From Pontixanthobacter sp. (GTDB lineage Bacteria; Pseudomonadota; Alphaproteobacteria; Sphingomonadales; Sphingomonadaceae): a DNA stretch of 60,693 bases. The stretch covers positions 1 to 60,693 of the forward strand of contig JBAUIN010000044.1 in NCBI GenBank assembly GCA_049682975.1, given 5' to 3'. The notes beneath the pieces were generated by a model, which did no database searches, was not told where the DNA came from, and saw only the letters and a program-made list of their open reading frames with translations. A program made the translations under genes and the position numbers. Positions 30,105 to 39,147 of the stretch are shown piece after piece. How positions within the stretch are numbered: position 1 is the first letter of the stretch; each line of letters begins with the position of its first letter.

Positions 30105-30548
30105 ATGGTCGAAATCGAAAAACTGGCGCAACGACGTAACTCGCTCGTTCTCGCAATGGCGGTCACGTTCGGCATCTGGCAGGGAAGTGACATATTGGCG
30201 AAGATGTTGGCTGCGGACAGCATGATGTCATCGATCTGGACCTCCGCTACTGCAATCGGTGGTTTGGCATTCGCCGTCAGCGCTCTTCTGCTAGCAATGT
30301 TTCAGCGTAGAGTGAAAAAAGCCGGAGCCACTCAGACACTGAGAGACGATTGGAACCGCGCAACATCCGGTCTGGCGTTCCAATATGGTTTCTTCTTCCT
30401 CATCGGCGCGACCGCCCTCTGCTATGCCGCTTCAATGTTCTGGAGCCTCCCGACGGCCCAGATCTTGCAGGCGCTGCTCCTCGTCGGGGTATGCGGTACC
30501 TGTTTTGCGTTCGTCACCCTCCAGGGCAGTGACAATGTGCAGCCATGA
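30105..30548 (+). CDS. Four-TM membrane protein
   Basis: Hydrophobic segments; ATGA overlap with the downstream HTH gene. Confidence 0.8.
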   Translation: MVEIEKLAQRRNSLVLAMAVTFGIWQGSDILAKMLAADSMMSSIWTSATAIGGLAFAVSALLLAMFQRRVKKAGATQTLRDDWNRATSGLAFQYGFFFLIGATALCYAASMFWSLPTAQILQALLLVGVCGTCFAFVTLQGSDNVQP

Positions 30549-30775
30549 GTAAGACGAAGATGATCGGTCTGGAAAACAGATTGCACGAATTTCGCAATTC
30601 TGCGGACCTCACTCAGCAACAGCTGGCGGAATTGGTGGGAGTGACACGCAAGACGATCAACACTGTAGAGAACTCGATATTCATACCATCGACAGTCCTA
30701 TCCCTGAAGTTGGCAAAAGCGCTGGACACCGATGTTCATTCGCTTTTCCAACTGAGTGATAACGCAGAAGCCTGA
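30545..30775 (+). CDS. Xre/Cro-C1 HTH regulator
   Basis: LTQQQLAELVGVTRKTINTVE...PSTVLSLKLAKAL. Confidence 0.92.
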   Translation: MSKTKMIGLENRLHEFRNSADLTQQQLAELVGVTRKTINTVENSIFIPSTVLSLKLAKALDTDVHSLFQLSDNAEA

Positions 30776-31468
30776 ATTCAAACCAGCGCGGTCCAAGCCG
30801 GTATGGGTATGATGGCCTGTGTATCCGTAACCGGCACGGTAGCCAAGGTTTCGGTCGTCAAGGCCAGGAACCGGTCGGCGCCAGACGGTCATAAGCGACG
30901 CCCGGCAACTTACCTTCAAGCCAATCAGCGCGATGGCCAAGGGGTGAGGGTCGCTTAGGCATAGAGGAAAAAGGCATCCGAACACCGGAATCGGTGAAGT
31001 CGCCATCATCAGCACCACCACGCCGGAACGAAGAGATCGTCGCCCATACAGTGTAAGGGAACAATCTTGCCAACGGTAGCCGGTGAATTCCGTCTCAGGC
31101 GATGAGTCCCATAGTAATTTTGGCATCGAAGGGTTCGGCCTTCGCTTCAATCGCTACCTCGCGCAGCCACCAAACGCGCATGGTCGCCGCCACGACATCC
31201 TCTATCGTAGCAAAGTTTCAATACGCCGACTTGAGCTTGCGCTCCCGCTCACCCATTCAGCCGTGCCTATCTGCCAGAATGCTCGCACCCATGGCTATCG
31301 ACCACAGCTAATCATGCCGACAATGGCCTGACGCTGCTGAATAACCTCCGAGCACGCGCCTTCAAAGGCAAACCTCCCAACCATCAAACCCAAGACCCGT
31401 TGGCGCTCTGCGTCAGCGGCCTTTCGCCATGCGCGACGGGAATCTCCAACGAAGGAAAGGAAGCCCCC

Positions 31469-32413
31469 ATGTCGAACAATTTTGATCTCACTCACGTCGA
31501 ACCCCATCGCCGCGACGAGGTGATGCGAAGAATCGCCGCAATACAACGATTCAATAAGGTGAAGGGACGTAAGGCGGCTGCCCTAGGGGCTGCCGAGCTG
31601 GGCCTCAGCATCACGAGCTTCTATCGACTTGCCGCCGTATGGAAACTGACGCGGGATGCAGCAAAACTTCCGGGACAATGGAAGAAGGCGCCCGCAAACA
31701 GGCTTGCCGAAGAACAGAAGGCAGTCATCAGTAAAGCGGTCGAGTCAAAGCCTGAAGGTCGATTGATGGAGGTCGTGGAAACGGCGATCGAGCTCGGAAA
31801 AGCCAGTGATGTAACGATGCCGACAAAGAAAACGATGTCGGAACAAATCCATCGGCTGCGCAAGGGAACAATGCTCGAGCTTCCACCGCATGCCACGCAT
31901 GTGATCGACCATTGCGTCATCGACGTTCCCATCGCACAAGACGCCGGACCACCGAACCGTGGATGGCTGACCGTGCTAATAGATGTCGAAGCGGCCGAAG
32001 TCGTCGGCTGCGCAATGACGGACGAGGCTCCCAACGCTTCTGTCACTCGAGCCGCGATCGAGGACGCACAACGACACAAGGCATTCGCACGCGTGCACCC
32101 CACCATTCTGATCGATTGCGAAGACACATCCCAGTGGCATGACCTCGGAAAATGGCTTGCCAAGTCCGGCATGACCGCGATTGGCGAAATGCTTCCGAAA
32201 GGTGCTTTGGCGCAAGACGCTATACCATTACGCAAACGCGGAAACGGAAGGGCGGTGCTGGCTCTGATCGGACGTTGGATCGCGGGTTATAAAATCACCA
32301 TACGAAAAAATTCAATTACACCCCAACTATACCAGCTGAAGCCCACGTCCGGGGCTGGAATGACCGTAAGCGAAGCAGAAGAACTGATCCGCGACCGTAT
32401 TCGTTCCGAGTAG
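31469..32413 (+). CDS. Truncated TnsB/Mu-transposase paralogue 1, predicted catalytically inactive
   Basis: HTH AAELGLSITSFYRL. VIDHCVID...GWLTVLIDV...APN aligns to TnsB IIDHTRLD...PWLTLAIDV...APS. Catalytic Glu helix reads RAVLALIG. AAGGAAAGG RBS. Confidence 0.8.
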   Translation: MSNNFDLTHVEPHRRDEVMRRIAAIQRFNKVKGRKAAALGAAELGLSITSFYRLAAVWKLTRDAAKLPGQWKKAPANRLAEEQKAVISKAVESKPEGRLMEVVETAIELGKASDVTMPTKKTMSEQIHRLRKGTMLELPPHATHVIDHCVIDVPIAQDAGPPNRGWLTVLIDVEAAEVVGCAMTDEAPNASVTRAAIEDAQRHKAFARVHPTILIDCEDTSQWHDLGKWLAKSGMTAIGEMLPKGALAQDAIPLRKRGNGRAVLALIGRWIAGYKITIRKNSITPQLYQLKPTSGAGMTVSEAEELIRDRIRSE

Positions 32414-32475
32414 GCTCCGTCACGGCTGGCATGGCAGTTCAATCAGCCATCGCGAACCATTGGATCGGAAAGCCC

Positions 32476-33753
32476 TCATTTCCGCAGAATATCCTCCTTT
32501 CGAAGAAACAAGTGCGCTTCAGCGGCATCCAAAGCCTGGATCATCGCGCCTGCTTCCGACAATTCCTCTGAAGGAATAGTGGACCTTATCAGGTCCAAGA
32601 TCGGGGCATTCCATTTTTCGACTTCCAAGTTGACCAAGGCATTCGCGCTATTGAGATCTAAGGCAGTCCCTAGGAACCTATTCGGCCTCACCTTTGCCGA
32701 ACTGCTGATCGAGGTGCTGCCTGAACGAATGACCAGACGACCGATCCGAGGACCCACCGTAGCGATCAGCCGACGACCGAAACGCCGAGGACCATCAGCT
32801 ATGAATTCGATGCGAAGGTCGTTTGCAGATATTGAATGAGGATGATCAAGCCAGAAGGTTTCGCCGCTGTCACCTTCGCCCAGAACAAACTGCATCCGGA
32901 CCGGGCCTTGCGATGAAACATCGATCCGCTCGCGACCGATGAAATTGCGGGCCTCCAGCAGGGTGAGCTTCTGCATGGCAAGCGCTCTCGACCGATAGGC
33001 TACACCAGCTCCGAGAATAAGCGATGTCGAACGCTCCACTATGAATGACGCGAGAGCCGGCTCGTCATCATCCGGTCCGGCGATGGTCATATCGATGGCG
33101 GTGAAATCCGCCACGATCTGTGAACCGTAATTGATGCGTATGTTGTCTGGATCGCGACGCATTTCTCGACGCATCCGCTGGAAAAGCACAGTGGCGGTCC
33201 GCACCGATGCCGTTCCCTTTGGCATTGTCTCCACCAGTCTGCGGGCCAGCTCTCCGTTCGTGGCGGCTGGATCGGCTATCGCCAACTCCCGCGCGCAAGC
33301 TTTCAGACCGGTTTGTTCGTCAGAACCGCCAACCCGTTTGCGAGCGGGTTCTTTTTGCGAGCTCTTTCCTTCTACGTTGTCACGGGCCGTATTCTCTCCA
33401 GCCAGTGCCGAGCCGACCTTGCCCTTCTGCCCGGTTCGCGCCGCTCGGGTCATATAAGGCACCAGGACGTCGATAGGGTCACCCGGCGACCAGCTGTGCC
33501 GTAAGCGGTGAAACGAGGTCCGGCTCATACCCGAATCAGCGACTGCATCCTTCACCGACACCTCCTCATCCGCCAACCTCGTCAAGGAAACGACCCTCTT
33601 CTCGACCTGCGATCGCAAAGGCTTCGCCAAAGAAGCCAATAGGGCTCGGTCCTCCTCGGCCAACCGGTCTATCGGCGATACCTTTCCGCCGTCGGACGAA
33701 GAAATACTCACAGCCGATTGTTCCGTAATGCAGTGCTCTCTATTGACATTCAT
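32476..33753 (-). CDS. Truncated TnsB/Mu-transposase paralogue 2, predicted catalytically inactive
   Basis: HTH VADSGMSRTSFHRL. IVADFTAID...SFIVERSTSLILGAGVAYR aligns to the TnsB RNase-H strands. Second Asp and Glu not evident. Confidence 0.72.
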   Translation of the reverse strand: MNVNREHCITEQSAVSISSSDGGKVSPIDRLAEEDRALLASLAKPLRSQVEKRVVSLTRLADEEVSVKDAVADSGMSRTSFHRLRHSWSPGDPIDVLVPYMTRAARTGQKGKVGSALAGENTARDNVEGKSSQKEPARKRVGGSDEQTGLKACARELAIADPAATNGELARRLVETMPKGTASVRTATVLFQRMRREMRRDPDNIRINYGSQIVADFTAIDMTIAGPDDDEPALASFIVERSTSLILGAGVAYRSRALAMQKLTLLEARNFIGRERIDVSSQGPVRMQFVLGEGDSGETFWLDHPHSISANDLRIEFIADGPRRFGRRLIATVGPRIGRLVIRSGSTSISSSAKVRPNRFLGTALDLNSANALVNLEVEKWNAPILDLIRSTIPSEELSEAGAMIQALDAAEAHLFLRKEDILRK

Positions 33754-33770
33754 TCACCTTCGCTTATAAC
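33743..33770 (+). promoter_or_regulatory. Possible sigma70 promoter for the tns operon
   Basis: TTGACA-N16-TATAAC overlapping the start of divergent paralogue 2. Confidence 0.4.
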
Positions 33771-33866
33771 TGTTCCACCTTGGAGTGCCTTAATCATACA
33801 GGCGACGCCAGGAATTGCCAGCGCAAACAAGTCGGTTTGCCTAATCGAGCGAAGAAAGAGCGTAAC

Positions 33867-34124
33867 ATGAACATACATCACCATCGCGATCCGAAGCGTA
33901 CGCATGCACCACTTCATATGCCGGGAAGCTACCCTGTCCGGCGCCCACGCGTTTCCACCTACCACGATCGCACGGTCCCTAGCATCGGCGATCACAACAT
34001 CGACAACGGCATCATCCAGATCTTCGAAGGCTATACCGACGACGGACACAAACAGTGGCGCGTTCTTGGCCGCATGGACGATCCGGATGTGACCGACGAA
34101 ATCCTCACGTCCGACGACCTCTGA
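33867..34124 (+). CDS. Small hypothetical protein at the head of the tns operon
   Basis: 85 aa, GAAAGAG RBS, followed by hairpins. Confidence 0.6.
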   Translation: MNIHHHRDPKRTHAPLHMPGSYPVRRPRVSTYHDRTVPSIGDHNIDNGIIQIFEGYTDDGHKQWRVLGRMDDPDVTDEILTSDDL

Positions 34125-34226
34125 TAGGTCGTCTCTGGGGAGCCGGGTCATTCGGCAACGGCTCCCCAGTGCGAACATCATAGTCTCCCCACTACGACGC
34201 TGCCTCAGTTCTTCAGGATACCGCCG

Positions 34227-35063
34227 ATGATCATTCCAAGTGATGGGGAAAAATCCCTGGTGCGCATTCCATTGTCGCAGATTGCCGTTCGAGGCGCTGA
34301 GTTGGACAAGGAATTGCTGGACGAAAGCTTCCGTCCCGACCTCACTCGCATCGTCGATTCAGCCCAGATCGCGATGTTGGAGGACGACCGCGTCAAAATG
34401 ATGGGGGAGATGATCACCACCAGCAACGGCGGATCGATCAGGACATTCAGCGGCAAACTGGCGCATGAGAACGGCTGGTGGCCCAGCAGAAAAAGGAGGC
34501 TGCTCCAGCATTGGGAAGGCAAGACGCAGCGACAGGCGCTTCTCTTGGCCGAATGCGACTTCACCATCGAATGGGCTCAGAGCGAACCTTGCCTGCTGCG
34601 TTTCCGCATCGGTGACGCCTGGTTCGAATGGTATGCGGATCTGCTTGTTTCGCGATACCGAGGCCCCGACGAACTCTGGGAGATCAAGAAGAGCGATCGG
34701 CAGCTGGAGGACCCGGACTACCTTCTCAAACTCGCAGGAGCCAGAGAGGTCTGCAGACGGATGGGAAAGAGGTTCCGGCTCGTCATGGCCGATGAGATCG
34801 CTGTCAATCGCCACCATCGCGACAACGTCGAACTGTTCGCCTCGAGGCGGTTCGTGACAATCGATCCGAAATACCTCGGCCGATTCGAGAATTTCTCCAT
34901 CAAACATGGTCAGGACACCACCTATGGCGAGCTGGCGAACATCATCGAGCCGCTGAACCCCGTGCGCGGTGCTGCCATCATCCAAGGCCTGACGGTGCAG
35001 CGCCGGGTCGAGATCGACCTTCGCGCGCGTCTGTCCGATGCCACACCCCTTCGCATTCACTGA
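34227..35063 (+). CDS. tnsA: TnsA-like endonuclease
   Basis: WPSRK...WEGKTQRQALLLAECD...SEP...WYADLLV...WEIKK plus C-terminal winged helix; lies upstream of tnsB. Confidence 0.82.
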   Translation: MIIPSDGEKSLVRIPLSQIAVRGAELDKELLDESFRPDLTRIVDSAQIAMLEDDRVKMMGEMITTSNGGSIRTFSGKLAHENGWWPSRKRRLLQHWEGKTQRQALLLAECDFTIEWAQSEPCLLRFRIGDAWFEWYADLLVSRYRGPDELWEIKKSDRQLEDPDYLLKLAGAREVCRRMGKRFRLVMADEIAVNRHHRDNVELFASRRFVTIDPKYLGRFENFSIKHGQDTTYGELANIIEPLNPVRGAAIIQGLTVQRRVEIDLRARLSDATPLRIH

Positions 35064-35076
35064 GAGGAACCCGACC

Positions 35077-35283
35077 ATGCCCGATACCGAGAAAAATAAG
35101 CACATCGTCCACACCACACCGCTTGCATTCTTCTTCCCGGAAGTAGGCAGCGCGAAAAACACCACACCGGCTCCAGTCCGCGCCATCGCGACGATCGATG
35201 AGAACTCGCGCCTGGTCACCAGCGTGAAGGTCGCTCCCGAACTGGAACCCGATGATCCCTGGTATCGGCTCAATACCAGATAA
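35077..35283 (+). CDS. Small hypothetical protein between tnsA and tnsB
   Basis: 68 aa, GAGAGGA RBS right after the tnsA stop. Confidence 0.55.
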   Translation: MPDTEKNKHIVHTTPLAFFFPEVGSAKNTTPAPVRAIATIDENSRLVTSVKVAPELEPDDPWYRLNTR

Positions 35284-35312
35284 TCGAACCAGAAAATAAG
35301 TTGGAGAAGAAC

Positions 35313-35513
35313 ATGCGCAAGAACGACGAGGTGACCATGCGGCTGACGTGCGGCGGAAAGGTGCTCATGACGCGGACGATGAGCGAATCACAGCATGTCC
35401 GCATGATGGAAGACCTCAAACGATTAGCATCGTCTGAGAAGGGATTCCCGCTCACCGACGCTACGGGTCCAGAGGGGCCGGTCAACTATCGTCCGGGCGT
35501 CATTTTCGAATGA
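35313..35513 (+). CDS. Small hypothetical protein between tnsA and tnsB
   Basis: 66 aa, GGAGAA RBS. Confidence 0.55.
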   Translation: MRKNDEVTMRLTCGGKVLMTRTMSESQHVRMMEDLKRLASSEKGFPLTDATGPEGPVNYRPGVIFE

Positions 35514-35668
35514 CCTAACCGGTTCCGTCGCAGCGGCGGACAGCATCACGAAATCGGGAAGCGGAGGATCCGCTTCCCCTTCCGGGATCGCAGGCCCCGG
35601 CAAAACCGGGATCGTGTCCTGCGGTCGGCTGAACGTCGACGCACGTCCTGCTCAGGTGGAGAATAACC

Positions 35669-38035
35669 ATGAGTAAGACCACAACGAATGAAACACTGCC
35701 GCGCTACAACTATCCTGCTGGCACGCTCATCAACATCGACGGCGCACCGCATCAGCCGCCTGCGCGGAACATTCCGGGACGCCTCATGATGATGGACGCC
35801 AATACCGGACAAATGTTCGTTATTCCTGATGGCAAAGGCGGGACCGTCCTACCGACCGAGGATGATTTCGACCGGCTCGTCATCGAAGGGCGCATCGAGG
35901 TCGAGATTCCTGCGAACATCATTCCCGCCCGTGCGCTGGCAGGGGTCGCGGAATGGGACATGTCGGATCTCGAGGCGATCGATCCGGGTATCCGAAAGGT
36001 CATCGCACAAGTCGAACTGCTCGATGAGAACGGTGTGAAGAACGGCGTCAAAGCGATCGGCCGGGGCTTGAAGAAGCTGTGGACGCCAGAACTGCAGAAC
36101 GAATTCGGAGATCACGACAAGCCGATTACGATTAAGCGCTGGCGGATGGAAAGGGGAAAGCCCGGCGATCGCCCGCCGCGTCTGATGGCGCGGCTGAACG
36201 GAAACGTCGCGCGCCGTCCTCAGGACCAGAACGCGGCGCTCGAAATCAGGATCAAGCATGCACTGGAATGCGTGCAGAACAAGACATGCATGAAAACCTC
36301 GCATGGAGCCGCGATGACCGAACTGATCGCGGTCAACGAAGGCAGGTCGGCAACTTATGCAAAACCGACAGAGCCCTATCCCCTGTTTTCGTACGACACC
36401 TTCCGCAGGCAGTGCATCGCGCTCGAAGGGTCGGATACGGTTGAGGCCAAGGATGGCAAGGCGATGGTCGACTCCGCCATGCGCGGAGCCGGGCCCCCGC
36501 TCAAAGCAAGCAGGGTCCTTGAAAAGGTCATCATCGACCACACCCGGCTCGATGCGTTTCTTCTCGTAGACGAAGAACACGATATCGTCGGAGGGCGCCC
36601 ATGGCTGACGCTTGCGATCGACGTCCACAGCCGAGCGATCCTCGCCTTCGTCATCACCTACAGAGCACCCAGCTACTGGACCGTCATCGAATGCATTCGG
36701 CGTATGAACCTGCCGAAGCGCCCGCCGCCGAAGGATGCCAAACGCTATCCAATCCTCAAACGCATCTGCGGTCATGCAACCGAGATCTATCTCGACAACG
36801 CGATGGAGTTCCGCTGCAAGAGCTTCGAGGATGCTGCGAAGTGCGGCTCATTCTCGGTGCATTTCGGACCCATCAGGAGTCCGCGCTACAGGGCGATCGT
36901 GGAACGCGCCTTCGGAACGTTCCAGCGCAAGATGCTAGAAAACCTTCCGGGCCATTCGATGACGATCGAATACAATCGGCGCGCCAAGCATGACGGGGAA
37001 GACCTCGCCTGCGTCCTGACGGACGAAATCGAGGCGCTCGGTAACAAGGCTTGCGCTGAGTACCACACCGAACCGCATGAAGGGTTGAATGACCTCCAGC
37101 CGGCCCTGGTCTTCCAGAAATCCGCGAACAAGCATGGCATCGACGTCATGCGGGACCTGCGACGCTTCAGGCTGGAAACATTCGAAGTCAAACTCAACGT
37201 CCAGGTCAGGAAGAGCGGCGTGCGCATTTTCGACGGGCTTCGCTACGAAGGCACCGCGGAATGCAAGCGACTGATCGACAACAACCTGAAGTTTGAACCA
37301 CGCCGTCAGAAGCGTGTGGATGCCACTGTCCATACGAAGGTCAAATACGACCCAGACGACATCAGCGTCATCCATGTGCTGGACAAGGAAACAAACTCAT
37401 ACGTCACACTGAAATGCGCAGATGAGACCTACTCGGACGGAATGCCGCTGTGGTTCCACAAGGAACTGGTCGATTTGGCGAAGCGTGACGCCACAGCACC
37501 ACCGAAAGAAACGGCAAGGAAGCGCACGAAGAGGAGCGTTCCGGCCGATGACGATACCGTGATCGATCAATTTGACGATGGCGACAAGAAGGTCTGGCGG
37601 CGGCTTTCGGGGGATCCGGATGAAACAGCACCGGCGGGTTTCAACACGGAAGCGGAGCGCATGGCTGCACGCGCCGAACGCATTGCGGCGATCAAGAACA
37701 TCACTCCGGGAGCTGAGGCGCGCAAACGCCAGACACTCGCCATTCTATATGACGTTCCCCGTATCAGGGCCATAACCGGAAATCTCGTCAGTCTCGATAC
37801 CGATTTCTCGAAGGTCGTGACGACCGATGATTTCATCACTCACGACGTCTCGTCCCTGACCGCACTGGATGCCGAGATCCTTTCGGATCGGCCGGCACTG
37901 CCAACCACCCGCAAACCGCGCACGGGACATCAGGACCACCGGACGGCGGGTAAGCCCCGGAAGGCCTCACCGACGCCGGAAGCGCAAGGCGAAGAGCGCA
38001 TCGTCAGCAACCCCCGGCGCCGCGCCCGTAAGTGA
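35669..38035 (+). CDS. tnsB: TnsB DDE transposase
   Basis: Intact triad IIDHT / YLDNAMEF / IVERAFG, YHTEPHEGL, Mu C-terminal VKYDPDDIS. Confidence 0.95.
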   Translation: MSKTTTNETLPRYNYPAGTLINIDGAPHQPPARNIPGRLMMMDANTGQMFVIPDGKGGTVLPTEDDFDRLVIEGRIEVEIPANIIPARALAGVAEWDMSDLEAIDPGIRKVIAQVELLDENGVKNGVKAIGRGLKKLWTPELQNEFGDHDKPITIKRWRMERGKPGDRPPRLMARLNGNVARRPQDQNAALEIRIKHALECVQNKTCMKTSHGAAMTELIAVNEGRSATYAKPTEPYPLFSYDTFRRQCIALEGSDTVEAKDGKAMVDSAMRGAGPPLKASRVLEKVIIDHTRLDAFLLVDEEHDIVGGRPWLTLAIDVHSRAILAFVITYRAPSYWTVIECIRRMNLPKRPPPKDAKRYPILKRICGHATEIYLDNAMEFRCKSFEDAAKCGSFSVHFGPIRSPRYRAIVERAFGTFQRKMLENLPGHSMTIEYNRRAKHDGEDLACVLTDEIEALGNKACAEYHTEPHEGLNDLQPALVFQKSANKHGIDVMRDLRRFRLETFEVKLNVQVRKSGVRIFDGLRYEGTAECKRLIDNNLKFEPRRQKRVDATVHTKVKYDPDDISVIHVLDKETNSYVTLKCADETYSDGMPLWFHKELVDLAKRDATAPPKETARKRTKRSVPADDDTVIDQFDDGDKKVWRRLSGDPDETAPAGFNTEAERMAARAERIAAIKNITPGAEARKRQTLAILYDVPRIRAITGNLVSLDTDFSKVVTTDDFITHDVSSLTALDAEILSDRPALPTTRKPRTGHQDHRTAGKPRKASPTPEAQGEERIVSNPRRRARK

Positions 38036-38103
38036 ACCAAATCTCCTCCCCTTCGGCGCAGACCGAGGGGGAGGTGACACCATCGTTCCACAGGAGAACA
38101 TCA

Positions 38104-39147
38104 ATGCCCTACGAACCAGAAGACTATCGCGACGATCCAGACCATGATGCCCCCGTCGCACCGACGATCGGCCATAATTCCAATACGAAAGCGAAATCCA
38201 CAAAAGCCAAGATCCGTAATCTCATTTCGGAAAGACGCGTAATCGTGCGCAGCATTCATCTGCCGTTCGAACCGCAAATCGATTTCGTCGATGCGCTAGA
38301 CGAGATTCTTTGCAGCGCTGAAGCATTGCGAGAAGCGGGGTTGGGGCAACCCGCCACCGTTCTTCTTGGAAGCAGCTTTTCTGGCAAAAGCTCCCAAACA
38401 CGCATTTTCGTCGACAAGACGAATGAAGAACATAACGCCTCACAAGCCTACGGTAACGGCGGCATGTGTGCCTGCTATGTCAAGCTTGACCCCGATGGAA
38501 CAATCGGTTCTCTGGCCGGTGACATCCTGACCGGCCTGCAAGTGCCTAAACCAATGAGCCTCAGCGCAGCAAAACGGTGGGATCGGGCCCGTAACGAAAT
38601 TCGCAAAAAGCGCATCTCCATCATCGTATTCGATGAATTCCAGCGTGCTGGCCGAAGGCCTACGATCAGTCCGATAATCGCGGCGAAAATTCTCGACATC
38701 ATGGACTCTGGGGATTGCGCCGTAGCATTCGTGGGCAAACAGGACGCTAAAAGCATCTTCGACGGATGCCCAGATCTCAAGAACCGGTTCGATAGTCCTG
38801 TCTACATACCACCACTGAGGTGGGACATGGACAGCCAAGAATTCATGGAATTCGCCGAAAGGTTCGACCAGGCATTGGTCGATGCGAACATCACCGACCA
38901 CAAATCGGGGTTCGCCGATGAAGATATCGCGCAACTCCTTCTGGAATCTTCAAATGGACTGATCGGGCAGTTCAGCCGTATCGTCGAAACCGCCGTGATC
39001 GCCATCACCCGGGAGGGTCGTAGGGCCATCACACGTCGAGATCTGTCGAACGCCGTAGATGACTGGTCGGTCGCGAATGAACGGATCGGTAAAAACCCTT
39101 TCAATCGCAAAGTCCCGAATGACAGCAGTTTTGGCGGTGCAGGATGA
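38104..39147 (+). CDS. tnsC: TnsC/TniB AAA+ ATPase
   Basis: Walker A GSSFSGKS, Walker B IIVFDEFQ, LKNRF, SNGLIG. AGGAG RBS before 38104 (track start 38032). Confidence 0.93.
   Translation: MPYEPEDYRDDPDHDAPVAPTIGHNSNTKAKSTKAKIRNLISERRVIVRSIHLPFEPQIDFVDALDEILCSAEALREAGLGQPATVLLGSSFSGKSSQTRIFVDKTNEEHNASQAYGNGGMCACYVKLDPDGTIGSLAGDILTGLQVPKPMSLSAAKRWDRARNEIRKKRISIIVFDEFQRAGRRPTISPIIAAKILDIMDSGDCAVAFVGKQDAKSIFDGCPDLKNRFDSPVYIPPLRWDMDSQEFMEFAERFDQALVDANITDHKSGFADEDIAQLLLESSNGLIGQFSRIVETAVIAITREGRRAITRRDLSNAVDDWSVANERIGKNPFNRKVPNDSSFGGAG

Noticed and set aside
30776..31400. Several short overlapping ORFs
   Set aside because: No convincing start or family signature.
33754..34226. A second transposon end upstream of tnsA
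   Set aside because: No TGT terminus with TTTGCAC repeats found by eye.
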